This document shows positions 8,910 through 17,381 of a stretch of 24,915 nt of DNA, one piece after another; the stretch's first letter is position 1; each line of letters starts with the position of its first letter. A program made the translations under genes and the position numbers. Location of the stretch: IMG/VR virus record IMGVR_UViG_3300048997_000273, positions 1 through 24,915 of that record; one strand, 5' to 3'. The notes beneath the pieces are model-generated. The model saw nothing but the letters and a program-made list of their open reading frames with translations, was not told the origin of the DNA and searched no databases. The DNA is from a virus. Lineage: Duplodnaviria; Caudoviricetes.

Positions 8910-9176
8910 TCAGCGTTTGGCTTTGCGCAGCGCCTCATGCACGCCGCCCATTTTCTTGCGCAGCTCCATGAGTTGTACCTGCCGACGCAGATTGTGCGTA
9001 CCGGAATCGATCTCGCCTCTCAATTCGGTATCGAAATTTTCCAGCGCCGCCGCCCGCTTCTTCAAGCCGTAGAGCGCGAAATTTTCCACCATCTCGTCGG
9101 CCGGCATCGGCTTGCCGCTGAGTTTCTCGGTGACGGATTCCGTGCGTTCGATGAAGTCCCGGTTGTCATCGGCCAT
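8910..9176 (-). CDS. Hypothetical helical protein (88 aa)
   Basis: AGGA RBS, high-GC codon usage, operonic spacing. Confidence 0.7.
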   Translation of the reverse strand: MADDNRDFIERTESVTEKLSGKPMPADEMVENFALYGLKKRAAALENFDTELRGEIDSGTHNLRRQVQLMELRKKMGGVHEALRKAKR

Positions 9177-9334
9177 CGGTCATTTTCCTGTTGGAGTGGA
9201 GATTGTCGTTTCGGGGCAATACGCAGCATCGAGCCGGAGTCGCGGAATCAATTGGGGGTCCAAGCGAAAGACGCGCGTCGGGGATTTCCTGGCGGGTACC
9301 CGGAAGCTCACGCTTGGGGTGGATCGCGCCACCT

Positions 9335-9774
9335 TTAGCGCGGTCGTTGGGTAAACCACGGTTGCAAGGGATCGTCGTTATAGAACCCGCGCAGTTGATC
9401 GGCTTGCGATGACGGTGCCACTTGCGCTGGGTCCTGCGGATTGATGCCCGCCATGGCGGCGATCCAGTCAGTGATGCCACCTGAGGAGTTCAAACTATCG
9501 GGGAGAGCGAACTGCGCTGTGGGTGCACTCGGTTCGAATGCGGATGCCGGCCAGTTATTCCGAAATCGATCGCCGTCTTAGCGTCAAAATCCGCTGGAAC
9601 GATGATGTACCCATTAGCATTCGTCCCGATATGATTGTGGCCCGAATCGAAAAGATTATAGGAACTCTGGACCTGATTGGGCGATACGATCGGATTTCCG
9701 TTTATGTCTCTCAGAAATTTTGCTTCAACATACTGTTTCTTGTCATTGGTCCGCACATAAAATGTATCCGGCAT
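9335..9774 (-). pseudogene. Decayed cargo/toxin-like gene: AT-rich N-terminal domain joined out of frame to a Pro/Ala/Gln-rich C-terminus
   Basis: ORF from 9774 (AAGGGA RBS) reads well to about AIDFG. A different frame, 9550-9335, reads PASAFEPSAPTAQFALPDSLNSSGGITDWIAAMAGINPQDPAQVAPSSQADQLRGFYNDDPLQPWFTQRPR* and has no upstream start. Confidence 0.6.
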
Positions 9775-9811
9775 TAAAATTATCCCTTAAGCGGCACCTC
9801 AAGAAAGCTAG

Positions 9812-10405
9812 TCACCTACAGTCTGCGTTCAAAACATAAAAATTATCGCGCAAGTGCGTTGCGTAAAACCTGCAGGCTCTCATTTCATCCAGGTCCCCAC
9901 CAAATGCGTCAATTTCATCCAGGGAGAGGCGGCCATCGGGGAGAGAGCGGGAGCCAGAATATGCAAATAGCTTATTGACGCTTCCTGACGACTGCCATTG
10001 TAGAATAACTGCCGCAGCTCCACCACCAGCAGCGCGTATCTGATTCCTGAAACCACGCTCATTAAGCAATAAGAAAACCCTGTCGGCGAGAGAAAAAAAT
10101 TCACTCCTGAACCAAAACGACAGGCATGCGAAGGCGACGAAGAGAAAACGGCAAGCCACCGCTGATCGTTTTTGCCGGCCTACCAAAGCAACGATCGCGC
10201 TAATCGCAACCACGGCCGTCAAGGAAAAAAACACAATTAGAAACAATGCATCGAGAGTGAAGCTATCGCGAGATTCACCAATCGCTAAGTAGCTGTCGAG
10301 GAGGCTCACAAAAAAATAAAATCCGCCTGCCAAAAGAAGTGACAGCAGACAGAAAACTCGCCTTCCCACCAAGCCAACTTGCTGTGCGTAGTATTTACGT
10401 AACAC
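9812..10405 (-). CDS. Membrane protein (3 TM plus soluble C-terminal domain), immunity-like
   Basis: Three N-terminal hydrophobic segments, AT-rich composition, GGGAG RBS. Confidence 0.6.
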   Translation of the reverse strand: MLRKYYAQQVGLVGRRVFCLLSLLLAGGFYFFVSLLDSYLAIGESRDSFTLDALFLIVFFSLTAVVAISAIVALVGRQKRSAVACRFLFVAFACLSFWFRSEFFSLADRVFLLLNERGFRNQIRAAGGGAAAVILQWQSSGSVNKLFAYSGSRSLPDGRLSLDEIDAFGGDLDEMRACRFYATHLRDNFYVLNADCR

Positions 10406-10542
10406 GATACGCTCCCAAAAAGTGCTGCGTCCCCCGTCTATCGTTCGCGACGGCCCCGCGCGCTAAGGCAATGATCGAGAAATTGTTGCGCTGTCCAACG
10501 CTGGCCGTTTGCCAGCCTTACCGCGCTTTCAGCCATTCAAAC

Positions 10543-10974
10543 CTACTTTGGCGGATCTGCCCATACATACGAATCTGTGGATACGAGACCACAGTTTGAC
10601 AACTCCATGCGCGCGCCGACTTCCCTTTTCTTCGGCTCACCTATCGTCTCGCCGCCGCTCAGATTAACCTTCCATATGATGACGCCGAGGATACTTCTGG
10701 TTTTTACGGCACTGCAGCAATCGATTCGACTACGGCTAAAGTCCGCAACATGAGGCTTCGTATCGATGTATCCGGGTCTCTCGTGAGGATAGTAGAAACG
10801 AGCTTTACCAATCCGCATTTGAGCTTGCTTGATTGCATCGTCTTCCGACTGAATGATGTGGTCGCCTTGCTCACAAACATTGTTCAAGCGATAGGTAAAG
10901 TTGGCCACGAACCCGACAATCAAAGCAGCAAGAGCGAGGAAGAAATTCCTCCAACGAAAAATCTTCCTCAACAT
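10543..10974 (-). CDS. Membrane-anchored periplasmic protein with 4 Cys, immunity-like
   Basis: Basic N-terminus plus one TM segment, then a small Cys-containing domain. GAGGGA RBS, AT-rich. Confidence 0.65.
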   Translation of the reverse strand: MLRKIFRWRNFFLALAALIVGFVANFTYRLNNVCEQGDHIIQSEDDAIKQAQMRIGKARFYYPHERPGYIDTKPHVADFSRSRIDCCSAVKTRSILGVIIWKVNLSGGETIGEPKKREVGARMELSNCGLVSTDSYVWADPPK

Positions 10975-11077
10975 GGGAATCCCTCGTCGTCACGCGACTC
11001 AAAGGAACTTCCTTGGAACAAAACAGGAACAACGTCAACTCCTCCGACGCGGACTAAATCTCTATACACCCACCTCT

Positions 11078-12292
11078 TCAGCGCTTGCTGGATCGCCTGG
11101 CGCTGTAGAGCGCAACCGCGTCCTTGATGTTGCCCGAGCTTGAGAGTCTCGCAGTGAGCGTTCGCAGATCCGCATGCTCGCGCTCGGCCGCGGTGCGGGC
11201 GACGCCGGGGCGTTGCACCGGCGGCACCGGCTTTGCGGCGGCCGTGTCCTTGGCTTTCATCATCAGGCGATATTTTCCGGCATCATACATCATGCGCTGG
11301 AACACGGCGTTGCGCATCAAGGGTTCGTTGTTGAAAAGCCTGAACAGTTCGGCCGGCTCGACGCCGCTTGCCTTGGCGGAGGCCATGATCTCCGCTGAGA
11401 CCGCGCGCTGGATTTCTTTCGACTCGCCTTTCAGCATGGTTTCAAGGCGCGCGTCTTCGGACTTGGCGTAGCTGTGAAAATTCTGCCGCGCCATTTCCGC
11501 TTGGCGACGGTCTTCTTGTTCCCGCTGCGCGAACAATTGCTCGGTGGTCGCGATCATCGCCTTGACGCGAGCGAATCTCTGCGGGTCTTGACGCGACATT
11601 TGCTCTAGCGCGACGGGCAGGCTTTCCGGCGCAATATTTGCCAATTCGGGAAACTGGCTGAGAAAACTCACCTGCGCAATTTGTGTCGCCGCCGCCAACC
11701 CGTCGAGATAGTTCTGCCGGGTTTTCTGGGCCTCGCCGATTTTCTCCTCGATGGCCTGGAGCACTTGCGGATGTTGCAGCGCCTTTTCGAGTTCGGGGTC
11801 GAGCTCCGCGGCCGCGCGATTGTCGCCTTTCTCCGCCGATTCAACCGATGGATTTTCGGAAGCGGCGTTGTCGGTCTCCGTCTTGTCGGCTTTGTCTTGC
11901 GGTGGCTCAAAGCCGTAAAATTCGGCGGCGTCGGGATCCTTGGCGAGAGCCTCAGCACGCAGCGCATCGACGCGCGCCGCGAGCGCTTTGCCTGTTTCAT
12001 TTTCGATTGCGAATTTATCGAGCGCTGTCGCGTCGGCATAGTCGCGGGCCGCACGTGCCAGCGTGATCGCTTCATTCGCCGCAACCGGCTTTCCGTTGTC
12101 GTCGGTGTATTCCCGAACGACGATTTCTCCGGAGGAACCGGATCGTTCCGCCGCCGCCTCGCGTAACGACGCGCTGTCGCTGCCGAGTCCTTCCTCCTCA
12201 CCCTTCTTCTTCGGGTCCGGCATGGGCGCAAAGCCGGCATTGGCGAGTTCGAATGCGGCGCCGGTCAGCGCGGGATCGGGTTCATTGGCCAT
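11078..12292 (-). CDS. Probable capsid scaffolding protein (404 aa)
   Basis: Acidic low-complexity N-terminal region, long helical core, and C-terminus KPVPPVQRPG...TARLSSSGNIKDAVALY typical of podophage scaffolds. GGAG RBS. Confidence 0.65.
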   Translation of the reverse strand: MANEPDPALTGAAFELANAGFAPMPDPKKKGEEEGLGSDSASLREAAAERSGSSGEIVVREYTDDNGKPVAANEAITLARAARDYADATALDKFAIENETGKALAARVDALRAEALAKDPDAAEFYGFEPPQDKADKTETDNAASENPSVESAEKGDNRAAAELDPELEKALQHPQVLQAIEEKIGEAQKTRQNYLDGLAAATQIAQVSFLSQFPELANIAPESLPVALEQMSRQDPQRFARVKAMIATTEQLFAQREQEDRRQAEMARQNFHSYAKSEDARLETMLKGESKEIQRAVSAEIMASAKASGVEPAELFRLFNNEPLMRNAVFQRMMYDAGKYRLMMKAKDTAAAKPVPPVQRPGVARTAAEREHADLRTLTARLSSSGNIKDAVALYSARRSSKR

Positions 12293-12468
12293 ATTGGCAC
12301 TCCGGTGGGAATTGGTTCTGGGCTTGGCGCGGCGGGCCGACGAGATTTATTGTCGCGGGTTAGCAGGTCGCGGCAAGGAGAAAAACGTTCAGCAGGCGGC
12401 CTCTTGGCGCTTCAATCTGCGCCCAACAAAAGATTGATCTGGTGAATTTTATCGATCATGAGAAGAGA

Positions 12469-12912
12469 TCAATTGAATTCTGGAAATACCTCGATGCTCA
12501 GGCTTATCCGCATGTCGCTCAAACGCGCCATATGAGACCACGAGAGAACATCGCCAATATTGACATCGCCTGGTAGGTCCACGACCAAGGAAATGGAACC
12601 GCCGGTCTTTTCAAGTTCAACCAGAAAATTCTTGTGCGGCTCCAGCCTGTCTATCAGGTTCACAACATCCGAAAAGAATAAGCGGTTTCTTTCAACGCGA
12701 AACCAATGGCTCCACACGCTGTCCGTATGAAGCCCTGGAAGAACGACGCCGACGGGGTTCTTTCTTACGCTCCCCACCATCGCGGAACGCCGAGGGGTTA
12801 GACCTAGCGTGTTCGTGATCCGGTCGGGATCGATATTTGGATGCCTGATTAAGATCCGAATTGAATATCTCAGCGGACCCCTTTCATCGTCGTCGACTTG
12901 CGCGTTCGTCAT
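12469..12912 (-). CDS. DUF4279-like protein, putative immunity protein
   Basis: IDPDRITNTLGLTP, SVWSH, LSDMRISLSIEVF pattern. ATGA-coupled to the upstream gene and AT-richer than the structural genes. Confidence 0.7.
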   Translation of the reverse strand: MTNAQVDDDERGPLRYSIRILIRHPNIDPDRITNTLGLTPRRSAMVGSVRKNPVGVVLPGLHTDSVWSHWFRVERNRLFFSDVVNLIDRLEPHKNFLVELEKTGGSISLVVDLPGDVNIGDVLSWSHMARLSDMRISLSIEVFPEFN

Positions 12913-13712
12913 CGATCTCGATCCTTTCCGCGCCGCCCGCTGGGCTTACCCGAACCTGTGAAAGTATCCGCAGGTCCATGGTTCTCCCAACTACCATCGG
13001 GCTTTTGCGCCCAAACTTCACCCGATGGCGAAATTCTGACGTCATCATTTCCCTGTGCGCCCACGGCTTGTTTAATCTCTGTATGGTCGCCTGACCAGTC
13101 TGTCTGATCGATCGGGCGAGACCCCGCGGGAGGCCGGCTGGCGGTATCGTTGTTGAGAACAACTGAGCCGTCCAATGGCGCGGCACTACTGCCTGTCCTG
13201 CCGTAGCGTATTCTCCCATACAGTTGCAAGATCGCCCCTGCAGCCTTCATCCAATCCGGCATTTCGGGCATCGGAATCGGCGGCAGGGGCACAGGTGCAG
13301 TTGGAGGAAATGGAAGTGGTATTCCTCCGAGCCGATAGCCGGCCTGAACAACATTGCCGCTGTTATCGGGCTGTTGGTTCGCCAGCGCCTGGGCGAGAAG
13401 CGCTTTTCCTGCTTCGGGACTGACGGTCGCAAGCGTCGCGTCGTGGTCGCCAAGGACCGGCAACAAAGCCTGGTATTGCGAAGTCAGATTTGACGTTGCC
13501 GGTTGAGCATCTGATAACGCCTGGCCGGTATCGGCCAAACCTGGCCACGGCATCGGCTGAAGCGGTTGCGACTGAGAAGCGAATGGCGGCAGATCGAAGC
13601 CCGCGCCCGCTTGATCCTGGCCCAGCTGCGGTTGCAGAGCGCGCAGCCGCACGAGCAAGCCACCGCCCTCCCCGAATTTCTGGGGATCAACAAATCCATC
13701 GAACAGAGGCAT
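12909..13712 (-). CDS. Candidate polymorphic toxin: low-complexity leader plus compact C-terminal domain
   Basis: P/Q/G-rich N-terminus, Pro-rich linker, C-terminal domain HTEIKQAVGAQGNDDVRISPSGEVWAQKPDGSWENHGPA (helix plus beta-meander, RNase-toxin-like). Coupled to the ejection gene upstream and the immunity-like gene downstream. Confidence 0.6.
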   Translation of the reverse strand: MPLFDGFVDPQKFGEGGGLLVRLRALQPQLGQDQAGAGFDLPPFASQSQPLQPMPWPGLADTGQALSDAQPATSNLTSQYQALLPVLGDHDATLATVSPEAGKALLAQALANQQPDNSGNVVQAGYRLGGIPLPFPPTAPVPLPPIPMPEMPDWMKAAGAILQLYGRIRYGRTGSSAAPLDGSVVLNNDTASRPPAGSRPIDQTDWSGDHTEIKQAVGAQGNDDVRISPSGEVWAQKPDGSWENHGPADTFTGSGKPSGRRGKDRDR

Positions 13713-14782
13713 CAGCCTGCCTGATGGATTTTCCGCGAGGCTTCGGTCGCGGCGCGATAGTCGACCGCCTTGTAGCCGTTGATTTCGAGCACGGCGTCGG
13801 GCGTGGCCTTCTCCACGTCTTGCGCCATCAGGCCGATGTGGTAGGCCGGCGCTCCCTTGTAGCGAAAGCCATAGACCGGCGTGCCGTCGAACAGCGTGCC
13901 GACTTGTTCGATGTCTTCTTTCAGCCGCATATCGGATGGCAGGAATTTGAGAATGGTTCCGATGCCGCCTGCAATTTTTCCGAATTGATCCGCGCCGCTT
14001 AGTTGCTGCGTGGCCGTCGTGGTGCCGTTGGTCTGCGACCCGAGCCCGGCAATGGGAACGCCGATTTGCGAAAGCAGGCCCAAGGCTTGAACCGGAATGC
14101 CTCTCCGCTGCGCCTCCTCCGCCAACGTTGCGTTGGCGCCGAAATTCTGCGCGGCGAGCGCGGATTGCGCCGCGGTGACGCCCTGCCCCTGATTGGCGAG
14201 AAAGTTTTGTTGCAGGCCCGAAAGCGTGCCGGCGGTGGTGTTGCCCGCGTTATAAAGCGCGTTGGCGGCATTGAACTGATTGGCGACATCCTGATTGTAC
14301 TGCGCGGCGATGACCGGCGCTTCGCCGGCGGCGACACCACGGCCATAGGCCTGCTGGTTGGCACCGGAAAAATCACGCCCGGCGGCCGCGAATTGTCCGT
14401 TCACCGAATTGCCAACGTCGGATTGAATCTGCGCAAGCTGTGCCGCGAGCGCGGGGTTGTTGCCGATCAGGCTTCCGTCGGCATATGGCGTCAATTGGCT
14501 CTGCAAGGTGTTGAGATTGCCCTGCACGTTGGAGGCTTGCGCATTGGCACCTCCGCCATTCAACAGCGATTGCGCATAGCCGCTGATCTGTCCAGCGAAG
14601 GGATTTCCCTGCGCAGCATTGCTTTGCAACGTATTGAGTGCGCCGGTTTCAGCACCCGTCAGGGCGGTATCGTTCAAACCAGTGCCGAGTTGCCCGAGAA
14701 TATCCTTCAGTATCGGCTGCGCCGCTTCCCAGGGTGCAGTTTGCGACTGCTGCGTTTGCGTCGACGACGATTGTCCGCCCAT
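13712..14782 (-). CDS. Internal virion/ejection-type protein with C-terminal peptidase S74 (intramolecular chaperone) domain (356 aa)
   Basis: Start MGGQSSSTQTQQSQTAPW at 14782 with AAGGA RBS. Q/A/G/N-rich body. C-terminus SDMRLKEDI...YGFRYK...IGLMAQDVEK..PDAV...GYKAVDY. Confidence 0.8.
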   Translation of the reverse strand: MGGQSSSTQTQQSQTAPWEAAQPILKDILGQLGTGLNDTALTGAETGALNTLQSNAAQGNPFAGQISGYAQSLLNGGGANAQASNVQGNLNTLQSQLTPYADGSLIGNNPALAAQLAQIQSDVGNSVNGQFAAAGRDFSGANQQAYGRGVAAGEAPVIAAQYNQDVANQFNAANALYNAGNTTAGTLSGLQQNFLANQGQGVTAAQSALAAQNFGANATLAEEAQRRGIPVQALGLLSQIGVPIAGLGSQTNGTTTATQQLSGADQFGKIAGGIGTILKFLPSDMRLKEDIEQVGTLFDGTPVYGFRYKGAPAYHIGLMAQDVEKATPDAVLEINGYKAVDYRAATEASRKIHQAG

Positions 14783-14988
14783 CGGCTTTGAATCCTTTCC
14801 ATGGTCAAATTGAACTTCGTTTAGTGAAAAGCGCAGAGCCGGCCGCCGCGTCAGAGCAAGCGGACGCGCGTGCAGCCTTTGAGGATAACTCTCGCGTGAT
14901 TTCGCCGATCGCGCACTTGACCGCCGCGCAGGCCGCATCCATTGTCTTGAAGCTGAAATCATCTCGCAACGACGCGCAGGCGCGAACC

Positions 14989-15336
14989 ATGACAACCGAG
15001 TCGTCCTCGCCGACAGCCGGGCGGCCGCCACAGAAAGTCAAATGGCCGCCGCCGCCCTCTCGCAATATGGCGGCATTCGGGACGAGCTGGCTTTTAGGCT
15101 GGCCGCTTTTGGTCTTCGCTGACAACCCTCTCGCCGCACCTTATGAGCCGCTTACGCTTTTACTCGTCGTTCCGGGTGGTGCGATCTGGTTTTACCTTTT
15201 CATTTATTTTTACGCTTACTTCTACGAGAAGCTTTTCACGTGGGCCGAGGCACGTTGGCGGGTGGCGAAAACGATCAGAAAAATCCTGGAAGTAATTCCT
15301 GAGCTGATCATGTACATGCTCTGCTTCCTTCCCTAG
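14989..15336 (+). CDS. Small membrane protein (115 aa) opposite to the operon
   Basis: ATG at 14989 (MTTESS). Two to three hydrophobic segments, rich in Y/F. Confidence 0.5.
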   Translation: MTTESSSPTAGRPPQKVKWPPPPSRNMAAFGTSWLLGWPLLVFADNPLAAPYEPLTLLLVVPGGAIWFYLFIYFYAYFYEKLFTWAEARWRVAKTIRKILEVIPELIMYMLCFLP

Positions 15337-15527
15337 GCTCCACCGTCTTTCCCAATCGCTTTCGGGGTGATCATGGGAAGCGCACCAACTAGTCGCGCGC
15401 GCTCACCGGTTGGAATGAATCGAGAAAATCTTGCCGTCGTCCGGACTAGCTCATCATCACGCGTATCGCCAACGCAGGCTAAGCCCATTGGCAGCATTTC
15501 ACCGATTATTTCTGCGTAGCACCCAGC

Positions 15528-15698
15528 TTCCCAAAGCGGAGCTGACCGCAAGAATCACAAGCCGTAACCCAAGCTGGCGCACGTCATTGAGAAATCGGGC
15601 ATCTTGTCCTATATTAAAGTTGGCCGACCGATCGGGGAAAAGCCCAGCCCGGTCTCCCGCGGAGACACTGTCAATAAGTTTGCCTCCGGGTCGGTCAC
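15528..15698. repeat. Degenerate tandem copy of the 3' part of the BECR-like gene (pairs with about 15749-15919)
   Basis: Ungapped alignment at offset 221, with shared blocks TCTTGTCCTATA, CCGATCGGGGAAA and TTTGCCTCCGGGTCGGTCAC. Confidence 0.9.
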
Positions 15699-15710
15699 TC
15701 CGCTTTTATG

Positions 15711-16364
15711 CTATGGCGCAGCCTGCGTCAGATTTAGCGGACCGATGCCTCCCAACGCACCGCTAGTCATACGACTCATAAGTCGTGACCCAAGCCGGCG
15801 CGCGTCATTGAAAAATTGCGTGTCTTGTCCTATAATCGAACTGGCCGGCCGATCGGGGAAAGGCACAGCCTGATCTTGCGCGGAGGCGCTGTCGAAACTT
15901 TTGCCTCCGGGTCGGTCACCGTCCAATTTGTAAAATGTGAGCAGCCAATTCTTGGGATCTCCCGCAAAATTCTTGGGTATGATCGCCAATTGAGCTTGGC
16001 CATTTTTCATTGAGATACGCGTCGGACCTTCGCGTGCGACCCTCATGGAGGGCCAATTTTCGGGCAGCATATCCAGCTCACCGGGATGGCGCTCATCGAT
16101 GTGATCGATCCCATACCCGCGTTCGCCACGTTGACCGAAAATCAAATCGACGCGCCGATCTCCCAATTCCGGATGCGACAGAACACCGGGCGCATCGCCC
16201 GTTTTCGCATTCCGTAGCCAGTTCACGGCTTCGACAAAACGATCGTCGAGGCCGGTGACGATCGGGCCGTTGATGCCTTGCCCGGCGATCCGTGCGCCAG
16301 CACCCTCATCGCCGTAAGTTTCCGGATCAAATTCATCCGCGTCGCGAAAATTCAGGGCGGCCAT
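15711..16364 (-). CDS. Putative phage BECR-fold (barnase/EndoU/colicin E5-D/RelE-like, PBECR) RNase domain protein
   Basis: VDLIFG...GYGIDHIDERH...KNWLLTFY pattern, as in PBECR domains of phage polyvalent proteins. Start overlaps the upstream stop (TGATG). Confidence 0.65.
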   Translation of the reverse strand: MAALNFRDADEFDPETYGDEGAGARIAGQGINGPIVTGLDDRFVEAVNWLRNAKTGDAPGVLSHPELGDRRVDLIFGQRGERGYGIDHIDERHPGELDMLPENWPSMRVAREGPTRISMKNGQAQLAIIPKNFAGDPKNWLLTFYKLDGDRPGGKSFDSASAQDQAVPFPDRPASSIIGQDTQFFNDARRLGSRLMSRMTSGALGGIGPLNLTQAAP

Positions 16365-16777
16365 CAGCTCAAGTCCTTGTCCATGATGACGTGCTTTTCC
16401 TCAAAGCCGTCGAGCACATAGAGCCAACCCTTGCGGCCGTAGATGCGCACGCGCTTGCAGCCCTCGGCTCTCGCGTAAGCCTCGATCTGATCGATCAGCG
16501 GAAGCCATCGCTTCATGTCGGAGCCGCCGCACACCGTGATGATGCAGACCTTGCCGATCTCCGAATTGATCAGGATGGTCGCCGCGGCGGATTCGACCGT
16601 GCGTCCGTTCCACGCCATCCACACCAGGCTCCGGCCCGAAAGAATGTCGGCCTCGATATCCGCAAAGGCGTTCAGCTTGGTCCGGTAACACGCCGCTTTC
16701 AGCAACGGGCCGACACACGGCCAGATCTCGTGAACCCGTTCGGGATCGACGCAAACAAGCTCAACCGATGAGGGCAT
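16364..16777 (-). CDS. GNAT-fold virion-module protein (137 aa)
   Basis: Start MPSSVEL at 16777. IEAYARAEGCKRVRIYGRKGW motif. Lies between tail and ejection genes as in podophages. Confidence 0.7.
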   Translation of the reverse strand: MPSSVELVCVDPERVHEIWPCVGPLLKAACYRTKLNAFADIEADILSGRSLVWMAWNGRTVESAAATILINSEIGKVCIITVCGGSDMKRWLPLIDQIEAYARAEGCKRVRIYGRKGWLYVLDGFEEKHVIMDKDLS

Positions 16778-17075
16778 AGAGAAAGGTTCGCCCCACGGTG
16801 GCGGAGTTGGCGTGGGTGATGGTGAACGAACCGTTGGCAACGGCCGACACAAACATGGTGCCGTTGCCGGCCTCAAGCGCCGCGTTGGCGGTGATCGCCG
16901 TCAGCAGCGGCGTCGAACCGGAAGCGCAGTTTTTATCCGTCACCACAGTCGTCGCCGCGCTTGTTGCGAGCGTCACCGTTCCGACCGCGTTCGACCGGCC
17001 CGCCGCGAGTTGCGCAATGGCGAGAACGATCTTCTTCAGATCGGTCTCGGTAATTCCGGGAACGTAAGCCGTCAT
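16761..17075 (-). CDS. Putative tail needle/plug-like structural protein (104 aa)
   Basis: ATG at 17075 overlaps the upstream stop. Short N-terminal helix then T/A/S-rich beta region. Follows the nozzle gene. Confidence 0.6.
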   Translation of the reverse strand: MTAYVPGITETDLKKIVLAIAQLAAGRSNAVGTVTLATSAATTVVTDKNCASGSTPLLTAITANAALEAGNGTMFVSAVANGSFTITHANSATVGRTFLYALIG

Positions 17076-17371
17076 AGCCGCCACGTCTCTGGCTTTGCTG
17101 GGTCGTAATTGCCAGGCAACCAGCCATTGTCGATGTATCTCGTGATGTTAGCCAGATGAACCGGATTGAGCCGTGTGAATGGCGAATAGGCAGGAAATCC
17201 ATTGGTGGAGTTGATGCGTCGGCGGATGTGGGGATTGGTCCAAAACCACATTTCCTGGGTGGCATTGTTGAACGTCGCCCATTCGACGTCCTCGAGATGC
17301 GAGAGCACGCCGATGCACGTGGCAGGGCCATATGGCGTCATGACATGAAAAGGTTCGATGGGCGTCATCAA
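17072..17371 (-). CDS. Hypothetical phage protein (99 aa)
   Basis: Fills the gap between the nozzle and needle-like genes with coupled stop/start. Globular composition (VMTPYG, EMWFWTNPHIR). Confidence 0.6.
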   Translation of the reverse strand: MMTPIEPFHVMTPYGPATCIGVLSHLEDVEWATFNNATQEMWFWTNPHIRRRINSTNGFPAYSPFTRLNPVHLANITRYIDNGWLPGNYDPAKPETWRL

Positions 17372-17381
17372 ATGCTTCCGC

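Noticed and set aside
9166-9480. 104-aa ORF listed in the track
   Set aside because: Arg/Pro-rich off-frame reading. The alternative frame 9335-9550 looks more protein-like.
15528-15919. DGR template/variable repeat pair
   Set aside because: Mismatches are mixed transitions and transversions at all bases rather than adenine-specific, and there is no reverse transcriptase in the window.
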